Positions 52,720 to 61,144 of a stretch of DNA of 64,000 bases are shown here, one piece after another. The stretch is taken from positions 11,694 through 75,693 of IMG/VR virus record IMGVR_UViG_3300025701_000007; one strand, given 5' to 3'. The notes beneath the pieces are model-generated. The model was not told the DNA's origin. It worked only from the letters and a program-made list of their open reading frames with translations, and searched no databases. The position numbers were made by a program, and so were the translations under genes. Position 1 is the first letter of the stretch, and every line of letters begins with the position of its first letter. The DNA is from a virus.

Positions 52720-53076
52720 ATGGGTTTAGGTGATATAATATATTTTATACTGGGGTGTTACGGCGTCTCAACCATATTAGTTCAGAGTAAATTATTCAAA
52801 CCATTCAGAGAGTTAATGGTTAAAAAAGTCAAACCCTTAGGTACTCTATTTAATTGTATGATGTGTACTAGTTTCTGGGTTGGTTTATTATTTAGTACTT
52901 TATTAGAGTTTTCACCATCTAAAGAACTATACGAGATATTTATAAGCGGTAACGTACCAAATTATTTAACTATCGTAACACATAAACTGTTTGATGCGGC
53001 TTTTATATCAGGAGTCGTATACCACATATATATAATAGAATTATTAATCGAATCAAAACTACCAAATGAGCAGTAA
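52720..53076 (+). CDS. DUF1360-like membrane protein
   Basis: LFKPFR...LFNCMMCTSFWVG pattern; start moved to ATG 52720. Confidence 0.6.
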   Translation: MGLGDIIYFILGCYGVSTILVQSKLFKPFRELMVKKVKPLGTLFNCMMCTSFWVGLLFSTLLEFSPSKELYEIFISGNVPNYLTIVTHKLFDAAFISGVVYHIYIIELLIESKLPNEQ

Positions 53077-53647
53077 CATAGTTAATTTTTATAACGTATA
53101 TTTAAACTACTTTAGTTCAGACAACCCTAGTTCAGTTGGATGGACCGATAGACACAATCAACACATAAGATTTAATAAATTATTCCATATCGGAATACGG
53201 AATAATGATAGTGTGTTAGATTACGGTTGTGGTCTAGGTCACTTAAATGAATATATGAGTGAGAATGGTTTTGAAGATATATCCTACACTGGTATAGATA
53301 TAAACCCAAATTATGTAGAAAAAGCTAAAACTATGTACCCTGAGAAAGTATTTAAGGTTGGTGGTAATGAAATGATTTTAGGTGACGACGTGTATGACTA
53401 TGTAATAGGTTCTGGTGTCTTTACAGTTGGGGTTACTATGGATTACATATACCAGACAATAAAGAGGTCTTATGACGCCTCTATAAAGGGTGTTGCGTTT
53501 AATTTTTTAAAAAAAGAGAGCGGATTAAGCCCACTTTTAACCTATAACATAAGCGACATAATTGATTTATTGTCCGATATAGGTGATATTGAGGTTGTAG
53601 AAGATTATCTTGGTGATGAAGATTTTACTATTTATATAAAAAAGTAA
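53066..53647 (+). CDS. Class I SAM-dependent methyltransferase
   Basis: VLDYGCGLGHL, YTGIDIN and YDYVIGSGVF motifs. Confidence 0.85.
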   Translation: MSSNIVNFYNVYLNYFSSDNPSSVGWTDRHNQHIRFNKLFHIGIRNNDSVLDYGCGLGHLNEYMSENGFEDISYTGIDINPNYVEKAKTMYPEKVFKVGGNEMILGDDVYDYVIGSGVFTVGVTMDYIYQTIKRSYDASIKGVAFNFLKKESGLSPLLTYNISDIIDLLSDIGDIEVVEDYLGDEDFTIYIKK

Positions 53648-53652
53648 GTATT

Positions 53653-53859
53653 ATGATTGACGATAGAGCTTATAAGAGTTACGAAAGGGAAATAAAAAAA
53701 GATGAGATCGAAGTGGATAGACATAAATCCAATTACATCAAACAAATAAAATCTGGTTTAGGTGATAAGATTAATGATATAAATTCGTATATAAAACCAG
53801 AACCGACTAAGTTATCTAAAATAAAAGAGTTTATAAAAAAAGTTTTTAAATATATATGA
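53653..53859 (+). CDS. Hypothetical protein
   Basis: ORF track; TATTTATA at 53629-53636 upstream. Confidence 0.6.
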   Translation: MIDDRAYKSYEREIKKDEIEVDRHKSNYIKQIKSGLGDKINDINSYIKPEPTKLSKIKEFIKKVFKYI

Positions 53860-54074
53860 AATTAAATGATTTAAACGATATAGCTAAAAACATTACCTCT
53901 AAGCTCGTTAAAGATACTAGCATAGATGTAAGTATTAAATTAGATAGCGATAGACACGAAAGTCTACAACAAGAAGTTTATAGGTATATAAACAAAACCA
54001 ACATTGGTTACAAATCAAGAAAAAAATTCGATATTATAATAGGGGATATCGCTTTCTTAATCATTAGAACCTAA
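53856..54074 (+). CDS. Hypothetical protein
   Basis: ORF track; ATGA overlap. Confidence 0.6.
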   Translation: MKLNDLNDIAKNITSKLVKDTSIDVSIKLDSDRHESLQQEVYRYINKTNIGYKSRKKFDIIIGDIAFLIIRT

Positions 54075-54080
54075 ACCAAT

Positions 54081-54716
54081 ATGTCAAAACCGTATAAAAT
54101 ACTATTATACAACGCTGGTAAACGGATTAAGGTACTTGATAGCACTAGAACATATTCAGAGTCTTTATCGTCATATAAAGAGATATTAAAAGCTAATAAA
54201 GTGTTCTTCCCCAAAGAATATGATTGGCTTGGTGATGAAACCGATTACGAATTGGTATTGACTGGCCCAAAAACAGGTAAATCTATAGAACATTTCAGGA
54301 ATGACATGGGTGCTCTAGTTAAGGTAAATACTAGTGGTGATTTTGTTATAAAAAAAATAAACCCTTATTATATCGAAGAAGAATTTAAACATAAGAATAC
54401 AGACCTCAAATATAATTTCAGGGGTTTAGTTAAAGACTTTTTATTAGGGGATAACACCATGGTAGTTATATCAATAAACAATAAATTGGTTATTGAGTAT
54501 TTTGAGAATGAGTCGATAGATGTGTTTGTATTAAAAAATAGATCTGATTCCCAAAGACTAAATGAAATTATAAAGGATTTTAGTTATTCGAATAATCTGA
54601 ATAACTTTATATTCTTTAACGATCCTACCGCAGATACTATAAAACGTATATACGATTCGCTAGAGACTAATTACGGGATATCCAGGAGATGGATGTCCAG
54701 AGTAACTACTAGGTAA
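54081..54716 (+). CDS. Hypothetical protein
   Basis: ORF track. Confidence 0.65.
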   Translation: MSKPYKILLYNAGKRIKVLDSTRTYSESLSSYKEILKANKVFFPKEYDWLGDETDYELVLTGPKTGKSIEHFRNDMGALVKVNTSGDFVIKKINPYYIEEEFKHKNTDLKYNFRGLVKDFLLGDNTMVVISINNKLVIEYFENESIDVFVLKNRSDSQRLNEIIKDFSYSNNLNNFIFFNDPTADTIKRIYDSLETNYGISRRWMSRVTTR

Positions 54717-54739
54717 AAAAAGAACCCCAAAAGGGGTTC
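54715..54739 (-). terminator. Terminator between convergent genes (U tail on the - strand)
   Basis: GAACCCC-AAAA-GGGGTTC preceded by A7 on the + strand. Confidence 0.75.
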
Positions 54740-54743
54740 AATC

Positions 54744-55193
54744 TTAATGTACTATACCGAATTCTTTTATTAACTCGAATACCAATTTCTGTGCTTTTTC
54801 GTAATGACTATAAACTCTAGCCTTTAGTTTTTCGTTATCTTCTTTAGCAGCTACTTTACTTAGTATAGATTTAGCTTCTTCCATCTTATCTAGATACTCT
54901 AAAAGTTCGTGAGAACCCTTTAAATCCTTCATTTCGAAGTCTTTATTTGTCTCAGGTTCTAAATCCATATCATCTTCATAAGAAACTTCATCTTCCATTT
55001 CGGTTTCCATTTCATCATCTTTAGAAGGATAATTAATCTTTCTATCAGAATCGTCGTCACCAAGCTGTTTAATTAAAGCATCCTCAACATCAGACTCTTT
55101 ATCTAATTCGATATCATTATCGCGTAATTTAGCTTCTTCAGCCTCAGCAATCATTTTTATTTGTTTTTCTGTAAAAATTACTTTCTTTCCCAT
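54744..55193 (-). CDS. Acidic late protein; the only credible - strand gene
   Basis: Does not overlap any + gene; own terminator; TATTTATT on the - strand at 55242-55249; N-terminal KKVIFTEKQIKMIAE. Confidence 0.8.
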   Translation of the reverse strand: MGKKVIFTEKQIKMIAEAEEAKLRDNDIELDKESDVEDALIKQLGDDDSDRKINYPSKDDEMETEMEDEVSYEDDMDLEPETNKDFEMKDLKGSHELLEYLDKMEEAKSILSKVAAKEDNEKLKARVYSHYEKAQKLVFELIKEFGIVH

Positions 55194-55268
55194 AGTTTAT
55201 GTATATTTATATTTGAAATCTTATTATACTTCACAAGTAATAATAAATAGTCCAAAAAACTAAAAAAG

Positions 55269-55625
55269 ATGTTAGATTTCTCAAATAAACTTACACGTAT
55301 GAATGATTTGTTCATTTGTAAATTCAGTGTAAGTGATTACGTTAACAATATATTTAAAATATATTTTATATCACCAGACGGTGATCACCAATATTTATCC
55401 ATAAATCAGATACAAAACGAGCAAAATAATTATAATTGCGTCATAGGGGAATTACATTTAAATGGTAAAAAAAATACTGTTTTTGAAGATACTGAGATTG
55501 AATCTTTCGTAATTAGTAGGGATTGTTATAGAGAATTTGTTGTTTACCACAATCAAATCCCAATGTGGGAGAGAGACAATATCATTGAAATAGAAAAAAA
55601 CTACGGAGACAATTTGGTTGTTTAA
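55269..55625 (+). CDS. Hypothetical protein
   Basis: ORF track (alternative start 55299). Confidence 0.6.
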   Translation: MLDFSNKLTRMNDLFICKFSVSDYVNNIFKIYFISPDGDHQYLSINQIQNEQNNYNCVIGELHLNGKKNTVFEDTEIESFVISRDCYREFVVYHNQIPMWERDNIIEIEKNYGDNLVV

Positions 55626-55644
55626 TATTATTTATTTAAATTCG
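55613..55644 (+). promoter_or_regulatory. Bacteroidota sigmaA-type promoter variant
   Basis: TTTG-N20-TAAATTCG ending 4 nt before ATG 55649. Confidence 0.6.
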
Positions 55645-55648
55645 CCAT

Positions 55649-55987
55649 ATGGAAAAAAATATGGTTTATCTGGATCAGATATTAAATTTATTGGAGTCTG
55701 AAGACTTCTTTAACAAAAGTGGTGTATTCATGGACAAAGATGTCCTATCAGAATGTCTATTAGACGTTATAGATTCTAATTACGAAGAGTATGGTGAGTA
55801 TCTAATAACTCCAGATCAATTATCTGAAGCTGTAGAAAAAACTACCTCACTACTTATCGAGGAGACTTTTAATGATATGATAGACGATGGATCTATATCT
55901 ATGACTGGGATTAATTCAGAAGGCGAATTTGTCTATAAAGCTAATACGGATTTAGGAGATGACGAAAACCCAGACAAAATAAATTAA
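55649..55987 (+). CDS. Hypothetical acidic protein
   Basis: ORF track. Confidence 0.65.
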   Translation: MEKNMVYLDQILNLLESEDFFNKSGVFMDKDVLSECLLDVIDSNYEEYGEYLITPDQLSEAVEKTTSLLIEETFNDMIDDGSISMTGINSEGEFVYKANTDLGDDENPDKIN

Positions 55988-55990
55988 TCC

Positions 55991-57460
55991 ATGGGTAAGT
56001 TAGTTAATTTAATACATAGGGTATCTGAAGAACGTTTCTATTCTGGAAAACACGGTAATATTATCAAAGAAGAAACCTTTAAGACACTTCTTAAAGAAAA
56101 AGTGGAAGTTTCTCTTCGTAGAGAAATCTTAGTGTTAGAGAGTGATGTTGATAATAATAAGTTGGTTCTAAAAAAGTATATTACTCTAAAGCACGCTAAA
56201 TTAATTAAATTTAAGAGCGGGTACAAAAAATATGAACTCAAGACCACAAGTAAAGTATACACTAGTCTAACCCTGTATAAGGGTAACAAGGGTTTTAGCA
56301 CATATTTCGTAAGTGATATCACCAAACCATACGTTAGAACAAATATAGTTAATAACAAGGTTATTATTATTATCAGAGAGTTATTAGACGGGTTAGGTTT
56401 AATTTCTAATAAAGAAGTTTATGGGTTTTTAGGGGTTTTTATTGATAATGTAAAAGACAACAAAACTTCATTATTTAACTTAAAAGGTACGACCAATGGT
56501 CAATTACTACTTAATTATGTACTAGGTAGGTTTTTAAATGGTTATGATTTAATCTATGATCAGGATAAATCAATAGAGGTGGCAAAGGTTTTTAGGTTAA
56601 ACAAAAAGGCTTATGGGAACAAAACCATATATGATTACTTATCAGATAAATGTTTTTTACCTAATCCTCACATGATAAAGGAAGCATCCGATTTTAGGGA
56701 TAAACATTTTCCGACTGAATCTTTGGATCTCACTATTTTGAGTATATATTACCACCTTGGGTATAACTGGGGGGATATATCGGTTAATACGGGTATGATT
56801 AGTAATACCATAAACCCATATGGTGATTATTTTAAATTTACAGCTCTAGGTGGTACCAACTACATTAATGATGATGGTACTAAAAAATTCTTAAGTTTAG
56901 TATCAAAACACAAAAATGGGCTAAGTGATATGTCAGTTGTCGATGTGATAAGATTAGTTAATAATCTAATTATTATTCAGGATGTTTATGGGTTATCTAT
57001 AAATGAATCTTTTTTGGATTTAGAATTTACAGAAGACATAATATCACAATTATACGATACAGTTATAAATACAGGTATCTTCGTACCAAAAGAAAATCTA
57101 ATTAAGTCTTTAAAAAGATCCGTAAAAAAAGGATATCGATTTGCCGTAGGTAGTGATCGTTATGATGAAAAAGACCATTCATTCGGTACAGTGTTTAATG
57201 ACCCTACCAGTATAATAAAAATATTCAACGATAAAGGTAGATTGACACATTCGATGAGAATAGGTACTAATTCAACTTATGTTGATATTAAAATAGAATC
57301 ACCAACATCAAAAAAGTTAGAGATGTTTAGTGATAGGGTATCTTCAAATAAATTCGGTTTAAATGTTAGAGGCCTTTATTCTAAAAGTAGGTTTGAAAAC
57401 TATATTACTGAAAAATATACTAACATTTCATTAGATGATATTGTTTATAACGATAAATAG
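55991..57460 (+). CDS. Hypothetical protein, 489 aa
   Basis: ORF track; no recognised motif. Confidence 0.7.
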   Translation: MGKLVNLIHRVSEERFYSGKHGNIIKEETFKTLLKEKVEVSLRREILVLESDVDNNKLVLKKYITLKHAKLIKFKSGYKKYELKTTSKVYTSLTLYKGNKGFSTYFVSDITKPYVRTNIVNNKVIIIIRELLDGLGLISNKEVYGFLGVFIDNVKDNKTSLFNLKGTTNGQLLLNYVLGRFLNGYDLIYDQDKSIEVAKVFRLNKKAYGNKTIYDYLSDKCFLPNPHMIKEASDFRDKHFPTESLDLTILSIYYHLGYNWGDISVNTGMISNTINPYGDYFKFTALGGTNYINDDGTKKFLSLVSKHKNGLSDMSVVDVIRLVNNLIIIQDVYGLSINESFLDLEFTEDIISQLYDTVINTGIFVPKENLIKSLKRSVKKGYRFAVGSDRYDEKDHSFGTVFNDPTSIIKIFNDKGRLTHSMRIGTNSTYVDIKIESPTSKKLEMFSDRVSSNKFGLNVRGLYSKSRFENYITEKYTNISLDDIVYNDK

Positions 57461-57471
57461 TATTATATTTG
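57440..57471 (+). promoter_or_regulatory. Bacteroidota sigmaA-type promoter
   Basis: ATTG-N20-TATATTTG upstream of clpP ATG 57510. Confidence 0.7.
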
Positions 57472-57509
57472 TAACGATAATTAATATAAATAAAAAAACA
57501 AAAAAAAAT

Positions 57510-58169
57510 ATGGATTTAGGAAAAGAATTTAGTAAATACGCTACAATGCACATGGGTATTAAATCAGAGTCACTTAATAACTTTAAGAGCTCAGTAACAC
57601 CATACATTATGGAGGAAAGAGAAATGAATGTTACCCAGATGGATGTATTTTCTAGATTAATGATGGAAAGAGTTATATTCCTAGGTACTGGGATTAATGA
57701 TCAAGTATCCAACATAATACAGGCACAATTACTCTTTTTAGAATCCATGGACTCTGAAAGAGATATCCAGATATACATAAATTCACCAGGTGGTTCTGTG
57801 TACTCAGGTCTAGGTATTTATGATACAATGCAATATATAAAACCAGAAGTATCCACTATATGTACAGGGTTAGCAGCGTCAATGGGAGCCGTTCTGCTAT
57901 GCGCTGGTGCTAAAGGTAAGAGATACGCATTACCTCACTCTAGAGTAATGATACACCAACCACTAGGTGGGGCAGAAGGTCAAGCCACGGATATTGAAAT
58001 AACTGCTAGAGAAATAGGTAAATTAAAGAAAGAATTGTATGATATCATCTCTCTCCATAGTGGGCAGAAATACAATAAAGTCTATAAAGATTCTGAAAGA
58101 GATTACTGGATGAAATCTGATGAAGCTAAAGAATATGGGATGATAGATGCCGTTATGGTAAGGAAATAA
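57510..58169 (+). CDS. clpP: ATP-dependent Clp protease proteolytic subunit, Bacteroidota-like
   Basis: DVFSRLMMERVIFL and YINSPGG; triad AASMG / MIHQP / ERD; start moved to MDLGKEF because the 57435 start lies inside the previous gene and upstream of the promoter. Confidence 0.95.
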   Translation: MDLGKEFSKYATMHMGIKSESLNNFKSSVTPYIMEEREMNVTQMDVFSRLMMERVIFLGTGINDQVSNIIQAQLLFLESMDSERDIQIYINSPGGSVYSGLGIYDTMQYIKPEVSTICTGLAASMGAVLLCAGAKGKRYALPHSRVMIHQPLGGAEGQATDIEITAREIGKLKKELYDIISLHSGQKYNKVYKDSERDYWMKSDEAKEYGMIDAVMVRK

Positions 58170-58258
58170 TATTTGATAGACCTTATTATCACACCTTACA
58201 CCATAAAAAATGTTTTAAAGTATTTGAGTTTAAGGTATAATTTTCTATAATTAATTAC

Positions 58259-58266
58259 TATTTATA
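58259..58266 (+). promoter_or_regulatory. Putative late promoter motif TATTTATA
   Basis: Intergenic, upstream of the collagen fibre gene. Confidence 0.6.
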
Positions 58267-58302
58267 GTAATAACAATAAATTTGTACAAATAGAAACAAA
58301 AG

Positions 58303-61104
58303 ATGTCAAACTTAATATTAAGGTCTTCACTATCCAGACCTCTAACACATAACGAATTAGATCAAAACTTACAATCTTTAGAGATTACTAAGTGGTCTAA
58401 AAAAGATTATAAATCTGGTCAATTCACTTACATAATATCCGAAAATGGCGTAACGTCATTATACGTTTGTGTCAATACACACACCTCATTCGTTTACGAA
58501 GACTCTGGTTTTTCCGAGATAGTAAACATGAACGGTAAGAACGTAAGGGTTTGGAGAAAAATTGCTGGTGGCGACTCTTCATCTAGCGGAGATGAATTCG
58601 TTGAGGTTGATTTTGATGAAAATACATCCACATTAACATTTAAATCAGCAAATGGTGCTGTAGTTAATGTAGACCTAAGTTCACTATCTGGTGGATCTGG
58701 TGTCTCTGGGACCTCTGGTACTTCAGGAATTGATGGGTCCGCTGGACCTGCTGGTGCTAACGGTACTTCAGGAGTTAATGGGGTAGATGGGAATGACGGA
58801 AACGATGGTGTTGATGGTACTTCTGGTATTGATGGGTCCACTGGACCTGCTGGTGCTGATGGTACATCAGGAGTTAATGGGTTAGACGGAAATGACGGTG
58901 CTAACGGTACATCAGGAATCAACGGAGTAGATGGTACTTCTGGTATTGACGGATCCGCTGGACCTGCTGGAAACGATGGTGCTGACGGAACCTCTGGTAT
59001 TAATGGAGTAGATGGAAACGACGGTGTTGATGGTGCTAACGGTACCTCTGGAATTAATGGTTTAGATGGAAACGATGGAAATGATGGTGCCGCTGGTGCT
59101 GATGGAACTTCTGGAATTAACGGAGTAGATGGAATTGATGGAAACGACGGAGCTAACGGAACTTCTGGTGTTAATGGAGTAGATGGGACATCAGGTATTA
59201 ACGGGGATAGATATAAAACCCAATCAAATGACACATTCACATTAGGTAATTCTGGATCTATAGTAGTAGATAGTAATTTATCCTACACCCCAGCTCAAAC
59301 AGTTTTAATAACATTTGATACTGCGAACTACCAGGAATCTAAAGTAACCAGTTATGATACAGTAACTGGTTTATTAGTTTTTGGTGCACCTATAGATATT
59401 TCTGGTTCTGGTACATACTCATTATGGTCAGTAAATTTAGCTGGTGCGTCAGGTGGTGATGGTACTTCAGGTATTAGTGGTACATCTGGTGTTAACGGAT
59501 TAGATGGAAACGATGGTGCTAACGGTACATCAGGAGTTAATGGTGTTGATGGAAACGATGGTGCTAACGGAATAGACGGAACCTCTGGTATTAGTGGAGT
59601 AGACGGAAATGATGGTATTGATGGTGCTGATGGTACATCAGGGGTTAATGGTATTGACGGATTAGACGGAAATGATGGTGCTAACGGTACATCGGGTATT
59701 AATGGACTGGACGGAAATGATGGAGCTAACGGTACATCAGGTATTAATGGTTTAGATGGAAACGATGGAAACGATGGTGCTAACGGAATAGACGGAACCT
59801 CTGGTATTAGTGGAGTAGACGGAAATGATGGTGCTGATGGAACTTCTGGAGTTAACGGAGTAGACGGAAATGATGGTGCTAATGGTACTTCAGGTATTAA
59901 TGGTTTAGATGGAAACGATGGTGCTAACGGAATAGACGGAACTTCTGGTATTGATGGATCCACTGGACCTGCTGGTGCCGATGGTACTTCAGGTATTAAT
60001 GGATTAGACGGAAATGACGGAAACGATGGAGCTAATGGTACTTCAGGTATTAATGGAATTGACGGAAACGATGGAGCTAATGGTACTTCAGGTATTAATG
60101 GTTTAGATGGAAACGATGGGGCTAACGGAACTTCTGGTATTGATGGGTCCACTGGACCTGCTGGTGCTGATGGTACATCAGGAGTTAATGGATTAGATGG
60201 AAACGATGGCGCCAACGGTACTTCTGGTGTTAATGGTTTAGATGGAAATGACGGAAATGATGGAGCTAATGGTACCTCTGGAATTAATGGTTTAGATGGA
60301 AATGATGGTGCTAATGGTACATCAGGGATTGACGGACCCTCTGGACCCGCTGGTGACGATGGTACATCTGGTGTATCAGGTATTAACGGTGTTGATGGTA
60401 CTTCAGGAATTAATGGTTTAGACGGAAACGATGGTGCTAATGGTACATCTGGTTTATCAGGTACATCAGGTACTTCAACTGTAGATACTAAATATGATTT
60501 AGATAGTGCGCAATCTGGTTCTGATGTAGAACTTAGTCTTAGTGGATCCGATGCCACTACGGATACTGTGACATTAAAAGCTGGGTCTAACATTACTCTT
60601 ACAGATGATGGATCTAAAAACATTACTGTAGCCGCTTCTGGTGGAGGTAGTGGTTCTAATACATATATAGCTAGAGTCGAATTTGACTCAACGCAAGTAG
60701 CGGTAGGAGCATTTTTTGAGGACTTTTCTGGTGAAGGTAAATATGTAACAGCTGGCGCTAGCGCTAACCTTGTTGATGACATATTATTGAGTTTTACTTT
60801 TGCTGAAGAAATCGCACCACCTCACTCCATACTAGTTTATGCGGCAAATGCTATTACTAATGAATATATTATAACACACCTAAACGCTGGTGGTGATAAC
60901 CTAAACTATAAAATAAAAGGTTTTACGTTCGCAGATTATACCTCACAGAGTGGTGAACCAGATCAGATTGACGCTGATATATTCAAAAACTTCGGTGCGA
61001 CTTCTAATATAGAAATAGATACGACTAAAGCTAATTTTGATTGGGCCAGACTTGGGTTCCCAACGGCTAAAGAAGCACACATGTATATAATGTTCTCTTT
61101 TTAA
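58303..61104 (+). CDS. Collagen-like tail/head fibre protein
   Basis: N-terminal RPLTHNELDQNL, a CBM-like segment, two long Gly-X-Y blocks and a globular C-terminus. Confidence 0.8.
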   Translation: MSNLILRSSLSRPLTHNELDQNLQSLEITKWSKKDYKSGQFTYIISENGVTSLYVCVNTHTSFVYEDSGFSEIVNMNGKNVRVWRKIAGGDSSSSGDEFVEVDFDENTSTLTFKSANGAVVNVDLSSLSGGSGVSGTSGTSGIDGSAGPAGANGTSGVNGVDGNDGNDGVDGTSGIDGSTGPAGADGTSGVNGLDGNDGANGTSGINGVDGTSGIDGSAGPAGNDGADGTSGINGVDGNDGVDGANGTSGINGLDGNDGNDGAAGADGTSGINGVDGIDGNDGANGTSGVNGVDGTSGINGDRYKTQSNDTFTLGNSGSIVVDSNLSYTPAQTVLITFDTANYQESKVTSYDTVTGLLVFGAPIDISGSGTYSLWSVNLAGASGGDGTSGISGTSGVNGLDGNDGANGTSGVNGVDGNDGANGIDGTSGISGVDGNDGIDGADGTSGVNGIDGLDGNDGANGTSGINGLDGNDGANGTSGINGLDGNDGNDGANGIDGTSGISGVDGNDGADGTSGVNGVDGNDGANGTSGINGLDGNDGANGIDGTSGIDGSTGPAGADGTSGINGLDGNDGNDGANGTSGINGIDGNDGANGTSGINGLDGNDGANGTSGIDGSTGPAGADGTSGVNGLDGNDGANGTSGVNGLDGNDGNDGANGTSGINGLDGNDGANGTSGIDGPSGPAGDDGTSGVSGINGVDGTSGINGLDGNDGANGTSGLSGTSGTSTVDTKYDLDSAQSGSDVELSLSGSDATTDTVTLKAGSNITLTDDGSKNITVAASGGGSGSNTYIARVEFDSTQVAVGAFFEDFSGEGKYVTAGASANLVDDILLSFTFAEEIAPPHSILVYAANAITNEYIITHLNAGGDNLNYKIKGFTFADYTSQSGEPDQIDADIFKNFGATSNIEIDTTKANFDWARLGFPTAKEAHMYIMFSF
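58690..59211 (+). repeat. Gly-X-Y repeat block 1 (58 triplets)
   Basis: 9-nt periodicity encoding GTS/GID/GND/GAN/GVN. Confidence 0.9.
59443..60477 (+). repeat. Gly-X-Y repeat block 2 (115 triplets)
   Basis: 9-nt periodicity; recurrent GANGTSGINGLDGND unit. Confidence 0.9.
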
Positions 61105-61144
61105 TATAGAATAGAAAAAAAATAAAAAAAATACACATAAAATT

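Noticed and set aside
57435-57509. 25-aa N-terminal extension of ClpP in the ORF track
   Set aside because: It overlaps the upstream gene, the promoter and an A-rich leader; ATG 57510 gives the typical N-terminus.
58170-58302. tRNA or structured ncRNA in the larger intergenic gaps
   Set aside because: No cloverleaf or T-loop motif is present; only weak ACCTTA/TAAGGT pairing, which is insufficient.
58494-60782. Long - strand ORFs (248 aa and 476 aa) rich in Pro/Ser
   Set aside because: They are antisense shadows of the Gly-X-Y repeats (GGN read as NCC/CCN) with no independent signals.
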